From: Candidatus Micrarchaeaceae archaeon
GTDB taxonomy: Archaea; Micrarchaeota; Micrarchaeia; Micrarchaeales; CABMGC01
DNA: 4,001 bases
Direction: 5' to 3'
NCBI GenBank assembly: GCA_038873795.1
Contig: JAVZDR010000043.1
Coordinates: 1 to 4,001, forward strand
Position numbers and translations under genes: made by a program. Shown here in pieces: positions 1 through 4,001 of this stretch; within the stretch, counting starts at the first letter, position 1; every line of letters starts with the position of its first letter. The notes under the pieces are model-generated. The model was not told where the DNA came from. It did no database searches and saw only the letters and a program-made list of their open reading frames with translations.

Positions 1-698
1 ATGTCGGTTCTTGTGGCGTTGACTATTGCTGTTATGTACTTTGCCACATCGTCAGGCAGCACAACATCCTTTGCATGCTGCTGCATTTCCAGTATGTCGC
101 TTGTTGTTAATATCTTGTTAACTGTGACTCTCTCCTCCCTTTCCTTTATGCGCAGCATCTCCCTCTCTTCGCTCTCTGATGGATAAGTAACATCTATCTT
201 GACCATGAACCTGTCTGCTAGTACCTTTGGAAGGGGCTCTGTGCCCTCTATCTTCAGCGGGTTCTGCGTCGCGAATGCTGTGAACGGCGACGGCAACTTC
301 ATGTCGTTGCCGCCTATGGTAACTTGCCTCTCTTCCAGGGTTTCAAGAAGTGCGCTCATTGTCTTAGGCGGCGACCTGTTGAGCTCATCTACAAGAAGGA
401 TGTTTGTAAAGACAGGCCCCTTCTTCAGAACCACGTTGTTTGCATCATCAACATAGGTATAGCCGATTATGTCCTTGGGCTCAAGGTCAGGCGTGCCCTG
501 TATGCGCTTGAAATCAGCCTGTATTGTCTCAGCCAGCGTCTTTGTCATTGTTGTCTTTGCAACTCCTGGAACGCCCTCAAGGAGGGCATGGCCATTTGCA
601 ACAAGCGTCAGGAAGAGAAGCTCAAGGGTCTCCTCCTTGCCGGCTATCCGCTTCTTCATCTCTGCCATAACCTTCTCAAAAGCAAGCTTAGGATCCAA
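1..698 (-). CDS. moxR: MoxR-family AAA+ ATPase (3' end lies beyond the left edge of the window)
   Basis: Manual translation of the minus strand from TTG at 698 (GGTG SD at 707-704; in-frame TGA upstream at 719-717; alternative ATG at 668) is open to the window edge: MDPKLAFEKVMAEMKKRIAGKEETLELLFLTLVANGHALLEGVPGVAKTT...FKRIQGTPDLEPKDIIG...KKGPVFTNILLVDELNRSPPKTMSALLETLEERQVTIGG...ATQNPLKIEGTEPLPKVLADRF. Walker A GVPGVAKT is at 575-552 and Walker B ILLVDELNR at 401-375; the HALLEG, TPDL, GPVF, ATQNP and DRF motifs are typical of MoxR. Absent from the ORF track because it has no stop in the window. Confidence 0.93.
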   Translation of the reverse strand, partial: MDPKLAFEKVMAEMKKRIAGKEETLELLFLTLVANGHALLEGVPGVAKTTMTKTLAETIQADFKRIQGTPDLEPKDIIGYTYVDDANNVVLKKGPVFTNILLVDELNRSPPKTMSALLETLEERQVTIGGNDMKLPSPFTAFATQNPLKIEGTEPLPKVLADRFMVKIDVTYPSESEEREMLRIKEREERVTVNKILTTSDILEMQQHAKDVVLPDDVAKYITAIVNATRTD

Positions 699-722
699 AG
701 AGGCACCAATAGATAATCATAC

Positions 723-740
723 AAAAAAGTTATAAATACT
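723..740. promoter_or_regulatory. Archaeal BRE/TATA element, probably shared by divergent moxR and rpoF
   Basis: AAAAAAG (BRE-like, 723-729) is followed by TTATAAAT (730-737); the minus strand reads TATTTATAA. It lies roughly midway between the SD of moxR (707-704) and the SD of rpoF (759-765). Confidence 0.65.
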
Positions 741-770
741 AGCATGCAAAGAGTAATAGGAGGTGCAGTT

Positions 771-1109
771 ATGATAGGAAAGGAGCGGAGCGAGGCAAGC
801 GTAGCAACAGTCTACGACGCCTTCGAGATACTTGAAAAGAAAAAGAAGGAGGGCGGGGAGCTGGGCTACGAGCAGCAGCTGGCCTACGACCACATAGCTA
901 AGATAAAAAAGATGAGCAAGGAAAAGGCCGAGAAGCTTGCCGAAGAGCTTGAGGAAATTGGGCTTAGCAGGAAGGCCATAGCCAAGATCATAGAGATAAT
1001 GCCCCTAAATGAGCTGCAGCTCAGGCAGGTTCTCATAATAGAGCGTAAGCAGTTCGCTGACGACGAAATTAAGAAGATGCTTGATGCAATAGCCAGATAC
1101 AAAAAGTAG
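771..1109 (+). CDS. rpoF: DNA-directed RNA polymerase subunit F (Rpo4)
   Basis: MIGKERSEASVATVYDAFEILEKKKKEGGELGYEQQLAYDHIAK...AKIIEIMPLNELQLRQVL matches archaeal RpoF (MIGK start, L.YEQ..A.DH, KI..I.P....LR). A GGAGGTG SD at 759-765 supports ATG 771 rather than 744. 112 aa; directly upstream of DUF655 as in other archaea. Confidence 0.92.
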   Translation: MIGKERSEASVATVYDAFEILEKKKKEGGELGYEQQLAYDHIAKIKKMSKEKAEKLAEELEEIGLSRKAIAKIIEIMPLNELQLRQVLIIERKQFADDEIKKMLDAIARYKK

Positions 1110-1133
1110 TTTTATGCATTGCCGGTGGTGTGG

Positions 1134-1709
1134 ATGGAGGAGAGCGAAAAACACGAGGAATTGGAGGAATATGCAATTGTGCTCGACTATCTACCTACTG
1201 GCAAGTCTTCTTCTGCAAGGAGCATGCCAATGGCCCAGCTACTAGGCGAGGCCAAATTCACACTCCTCGAGGCTGTTTCAAAAGAGAATGTTGAGATCAA
1301 GATAGGCGAGAGAGTCTACATAGGCAAGGGTGAGCGTGACAAGATATCGCTGATAAAGGGCAGGATAAGCTATGATTACCTTACAGAGGGATCCAAGAAG
1401 GAGCTGCCCAGTGCGATCATGGCGATAATAAAAAGCAATGAGAAGAAATTTGTCGAGATTTTCAACAAGGCGGGCCCTCTCAACATAAGGGAGCATACCC
1501 TTGAGCTTCTTCCAGGGGTGGGCAAGCGCCACCTTGAGCAGATACTCAAGGCGAGGGAGGAAAAGCCATTTGAGAGCTTTGCGGACATAGCAGCGAGAGT
1601 CCCGCTTCTCCAGGACCCGGTCAAGCTTCTCACAGAAAGGGTATTGTCTGAGCTCAAGGAGGAGAGCAGATTCCACATACTTACCAGGCCTTACTTCAGA
1701 AGGTACTAG
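1134..1709 (+). CDS. DUF655 family putative RNA/nucleic-acid-binding protein (OB-fold plus helix-hairpin-helix)
   Basis: Motifs EEYAIVLDYLPTG, AQLLGEAKFTLLE, IGERVYIGKGERDKI, FNKAGPLNIREHTLELLPGVGKR (HhH) and PFESFADI are characteristic of DUF655. SD GGTGGTG at 1124-1130 favours ATG 1134 over TTG 1119. Conserved position after rpoF. Confidence 0.92.
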   Translation: MEESEKHEELEEYAIVLDYLPTGKSSSARSMPMAQLLGEAKFTLLEAVSKENVEIKIGERVYIGKGERDKISLIKGRISYDYLTEGSKKELPSAIMAIIKSNEKKFVEIFNKAGPLNIREHTLELLPGVGKRHLEQILKAREEKPFESFADIAARVPLLQDPVKLLTERVLSELKEESRFHILTRPYFRRY

Positions 1710-1996
1710 CCAACCTTTTCAAGGTATTTCTGAGGCACTATGAGCTTTTTTGTCGTAGATCTAGAAAGCGCAACGCTCACCACATATGATGAGCCGCGCC
1801 TCTCTGTTATAGTGCCAACCCTGCCCCTAAAGCGCAGGTTTGGTATGTCATTTGAGGTGCCGCCTGGCGCTATCGCAACCCTCTCGCCTATTGCGAACTC
1901 TTTGATCTGCTTTGCTATGCTCATCCTTGAGAGGCGTCTGTGCCTCGAGATGTTCCTTGACCTGCCTGTAAGTAGGCCGTGGGAACGTTTGCTCAT
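1706..1996 (-). CDS. rpl21e: 50S ribosomal protein L21e (eL21)
   Basis: 96-aa basic protein MSKRSHGLLTGRSR...FAIGERVAI...PNLRFRGRVGTITERRGSSYVVSV...KKLIVPQKYL, matching the eL21 pattern (S.G....R, F..G..V.I, RF.GR.G.I...RG..Y.V, K.LIV.P.HL-like). GGTG SD on the minus strand at 2005-2002. Confidence 0.9.
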   Translation of the reverse strand: MSKRSHGLLTGRSRNISRHRRLSRMSIAKQIKEFAIGERVAIAPGGTSNDIPNLRFRGRVGTITERRGSSYVVSVALSRSTTKKLIVPQKYLEKVG

Positions 1997-2018
1997 AAAA
2001 ACACCAGCAAGCAGAAGG

Positions 2019-2050
2019 ATATTGCTAGCAATATTTATAAATACTTTTCA
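2019..2050. promoter_or_regulatory. Bidirectional promoter: palindromic TATA box overlapping a 16-bp perfect palindrome
   Basis: ATATTGCTAGCAATAT (2019-2034) is its own reverse complement, as is TATTTATAAATA (2032-2043; core TTTATAAA at 2034-2041). A purine-rich GAAAAG (minus strand 2049-2044) gives a BRE-like element for rpl21e. The element lies between the divergent starts at 1996 (-) and 2073 (+). Confidence 0.7.
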
Positions 2051-2072
2051 TGACCATCTAATTCTTGATTTC

Positions 2073-2354
2073 ATGGCTAAAAATGCTCGCATCGATTTCA
2101 AAGTCGAGAATATAGTTGCAAGCGCTGACCTTGGGATAGATTTGGATTTGTATGCAATAGCTAGGGCATCAACTGATGTCGACTACGAGCCTGAGCAGTT
2201 TCCAGGAGCAATATGCAAGATACACGAACCCAAGGCCGCTGTGCTTCTTTTCAAGAATGGCAAAATCATCTGCACCGGCGCAAAGACAGAAGCCGAGATA
2301 AGGAAGGTAATAGATCAGGTAGTAAAGATAGTGAAAAACTACACCATATCTTAG
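2073..2354 (+). CDS. Single-repeat (half) TATA-box-binding-protein-like protein, 93 aa
   Basis: MAKNARIDFKVENIVASADLGIDLDLYAIARASTDVDYEPEQFPGAICKIHEPKAAVLLFKNGKIICTGAKTEAEIRKVIDQVVKIVKNYTIS is exactly one TBP repeat (ENIVAS, LDL..IA, YEPEQFPG, PK...LLF..GK..CTGAK, C-terminal helix). The upstream part of track ORF 1740-2354 is antisense rpl21e plus intergenic DNA with no TBP motifs. Confidence 0.88.
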   Translation: MAKNARIDFKVENIVASADLGIDLDLYAIARASTDVDYEPEQFPGAICKIHEPKAAVLLFKNGKIICTGAKTEAEIRKVIDQVVKIVKNYTIS

Positions 2355-2363
2355 CGCACGGCA

Positions 2364-2978
2364 CTATGCTGACCTTATCTTCTTGACCGCTGTCTTATAG
2401 ACTATATAAATGGCTATTGCAAATGCGGCTATTGCTGTCGATGTAATTGCCATGTTGCTTGTTGAAAGGGCATAGAAGCCAAAGAGCACAAGAACTGTGT
2501 CCCAGATCGCAGAACCAAGCATAGAATAGCCATAGAACTTCTTCCACGGCATGAGCGCAAATCCAGCTGGAAAGTTTATCAGGCCCCTTACCAAAGGTAT
2601 GAGCCTTGATATGAAGACAGCAAATGGACCATTCTTTGCAAACCATGCATCGAAGGCATCGAGCTGCTCCCTTCTTATGTGGAAGACCGAAAGGTGCCTG
2701 TAGACAATATCCTTGCCTATGAAATAAGCAATGTAGTAGTTTATGGCCATCCCTATGAAGCTACTTATGTATGTGACTGCCAGCGCAATGTACAAGTCTA
2801 GAGAGCCCTTGGCGGCGAAGTAGCCAATTGTTGGCAGCACGACCTCGCTTGGCACTGGCATCGATGCACTTTCCAGTGTCATAAGAATGAGTATGGCATA
2901 GTAGCCATAGGCACTGACGAGGCTTGCTATTGCAGCTGAAGTCAGGTGGAGCAATGAATAGAGGTCAAAAAATGGCAT
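2364..2978 (-). CDS. dedA: DedA family (SNARE-associated/VTT domain) membrane protein
   Basis: Hydrophobic 204-aa protein with the DedA motifs GYYAILILMTLESASMPVPSEVVLP, G....YYI, WFAKNG.FAVFISRLIPLVRGLINFPAG..M..KF...S..G..IW. Confidence 0.9.
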   Translation of the reverse strand: MPFFDLYSLLHLTSAAIASLVSAYGYYAILILMTLESASMPVPSEVVLPTIGYFAAKGSLDLYIALAVTYISSFIGMAINYYIAYFIGKDIVYRHLSVFHIRREQLDAFDAWFAKNGPFAVFISRLIPLVRGLINFPAGFALMPWKKFYGYSMLGSAIWDTVLVLFGFYALSTSNMAITSTAIAAFAIAIYIVYKTAVKKIRSA

Positions 2979-3138
2979 GGTATAATTTCATGCCCAAGCT
3001 TTTTATCTTTTTGCGCAGAATTCCTCATTGGCCACTGATGGGGCGTTTGCATTGGCAGTAAAAGGCCTGAAAAGGCGGTTTGGTATAATAGAAAAATGTG
3101 GGATGAGGCTGTAAAGAGGCTGCGGCCGTGACGATTCT

Positions 3139-4001
3139 ATGCGAGTAATAAGATTCTCAGAAGAGACGGGCACCATGAAGCTCAGGGCTGATTCCTTTGA
3201 TGATCTGTATCTGCTGCAGCGCATAATAACAGCGGGCGATGTTGTCGAAGCGAAAACCCACAGGCGATTTAAGTCCTATGAGGGCGACGTTGGCACGCAG
3301 AAGGATGTTACAGCAAGGATCAGCGTAGAAAAAGTTGAGTTGGACAAGGGCGCGCTCTCGCTCAGGTTCACGGGCAAGATAATAAGCGGCAGGCCTGAAA
3401 AGTATGTAAGGATAGGCAGCTACCACACAATAACGATAAGCCCAAACGATGAGTTCGAGATACAGAAGGCACAATGGAAGGGCTACATACTCGAAAGGAT
3501 AAGGGAAGCTGCACTCGAGACCAAGAAGCAGAGGCTTGGCGTGATTGCAATGGACGACGAAAAGGCTACTGTGGCATATCTGCGGGGCTATGGCATAGAT
3601 GTCATTGCTGAGATTTATAGCCACCTGAGCAAGAGGATGAATGAGAAGGAATTCGCAAAGCAGCGCGCAAACTACTTCAACGAGATAATCAATGCAATAA
3701 ATGGGATGCAGACAAACCATGTAGTGGTTGCAGGGCCTGGATTCACAAAAGATGATCTCAAGGCATACATAGAAGCAAATAACGTGAAGATTGAGAAGAA
3801 TGTGTTATACACATATGCCAGCAGTGCTGAGCGTTCAGGCGTAAGGGAAGCCCTGCAGAATGAGCAGATAGCAAAGCTCTTCGAGAGTGAGCACGTAAAG
3901 CATGAGTTCGAGCTGCTCAACACATTCCTTGACGGGCTGAGGCTCAACGCAGCCTTCAAGGGCAGAGCAGAGGTGAAGAAAGCGCTTGATTCATACGACG
4001 C
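3139..4001 (+). CDS. pelA: mRNA surveillance / ribosome rescue protein pelota (Dom34), 3' end beyond the window edge
   Basis: Manual translation from ATG 3139 (in-frame TAA upstream at 3112) is open to the window edge: MRVIRFSEETGTMKLRADSFDDLYLLQRIITAGDVVEAKTHRR...ISVEKVELD...LRFTGKII...IGSYHTITI...IQKAQW...LERIREA...RGYGI...HVVVAGPGFTKDDL...SGVREAL. DDL..L, GD.V, G.YHT, K..W and the domain-2 GPGF motif (PGF at 3736-3744) identify pelota. Absent from the ORF track because it has no stop in the window. Confidence 0.93.
   Translation, partial: MRVIRFSEETGTMKLRADSFDDLYLLQRIITAGDVVEAKTHRRFKSYEGDVGTQKDVTARISVEKVELDKGALSLRFTGKIISGRPEKYVRIGSYHTITISPNDEFEIQKAQWKGYILERIREAALETKKQRLGVIAMDDEKATVAYLRGYGIDVIAEIYSHLSKRMNEKEFAKQRANYFNEIINAINGMQTNHVVVAGPGFTKDDLKAYIEANNVKIEKNVLYTYASSAERSGVREALQNEQIAKLFESEHVKHEFELLNTFLDGLRLNAAFKGRAEVKKALDSYD

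Noticed and set aside
1..735. Plus-strand ORFs 1-186, 199-456, 324-716 and 469-735
   Set aside because: These are shadow ORFs antisense to the clearly recognisable MoxR gene and have no recognisable motifs.
744..770. ATG 744 as the rpoF start
   Set aside because: It is only a few bases after the TATA box, so upstream of the likely start site. The GGAGGTG SD and the MIGK N-terminus support 771.
884..1678. Minus-strand ORFs 884-1102, 1278-1676 and 1376-1678
   Set aside because: Antisense shadows of rpoF and DUF655.
2050..2061. Mini-ORF ATG ACC ATC TAA upstream of the half-TBP
   Set aside because: It probably lies upstream of the predicted start site and is too short to support.
1740..2072. 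111-aa N-terminal extension that would make a 204-aa 'full-length' TBP
   Set aside because: It is antisense to rpl21e, crosses the promoter region and has no TBP repeat motifs. ATG 2073 lies at a suitable distance from the TATA box.
3035..3131. C/D-box sRNA, hammerhead ribozyme or fluoride riboswitch (CTGATGG, CTGA, GGATGA motifs)
   Set aside because: The boxes are degenerate and their spacing and stems do not fit the consensus of any of these RNAs.
3063..3402. 12-bp direct repeat AGGCCTGAAAAG at 3063-3074 and 3391-3402
   Set aside because: A single 12-mer match is expected by chance in 4 kb, and there is no flanking similarity or sign of a mobile element.
2395..3959. ORFs 2395-2646, 3003-3224, 3157-3720, 3368-3550 and 3672-3959
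   Set aside because: Alternative-frame overlap within dedA, or antisense to pelota; no supporting motifs.
1..4001. CRISPR array, tRNA/rRNA, transposase or integrase
   Set aside because: No regularly spaced repeats, cloverleaf structures or mobile-element genes were seen; almost the whole window is explained by seven CDSs.

Overview
Compact archaeal chromosomal segment made mostly of information-processing genes. It has GGTG/GGAGGTG Shine-Dalgarno motifs and TATA boxes; a small-genome, possibly DPANN/Micrarchaeota-like host is only an inference. Gene order: MoxR-family AAA+ ATPase (minus, runs off the left edge, missed by the ORF track), rpoF/Rpo4 (+), DUF655 (+), rpl21e (-), a 93-aa single-repeat 'half' TATA-binding protein (+), DedA membrane protein (-), and pelota/Dom34 (+, runs off the right edge, missed by the ORF track). 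The most unusual element is the apparently intact stand-alone half-TBP, which keeps both DNA-intercalating Phe residues. It is transcribed divergently from rpl21e across a perfectly palindromic TATA box (TATTTATAAATA) that overlaps a perfect 16-bp palindrome, suggesting a symmetric homodimeric TBP-like factor with possible autoregulation. The usual archaeal rpl21e-rpoF-DUF655-ksgA cluster is rearranged here.
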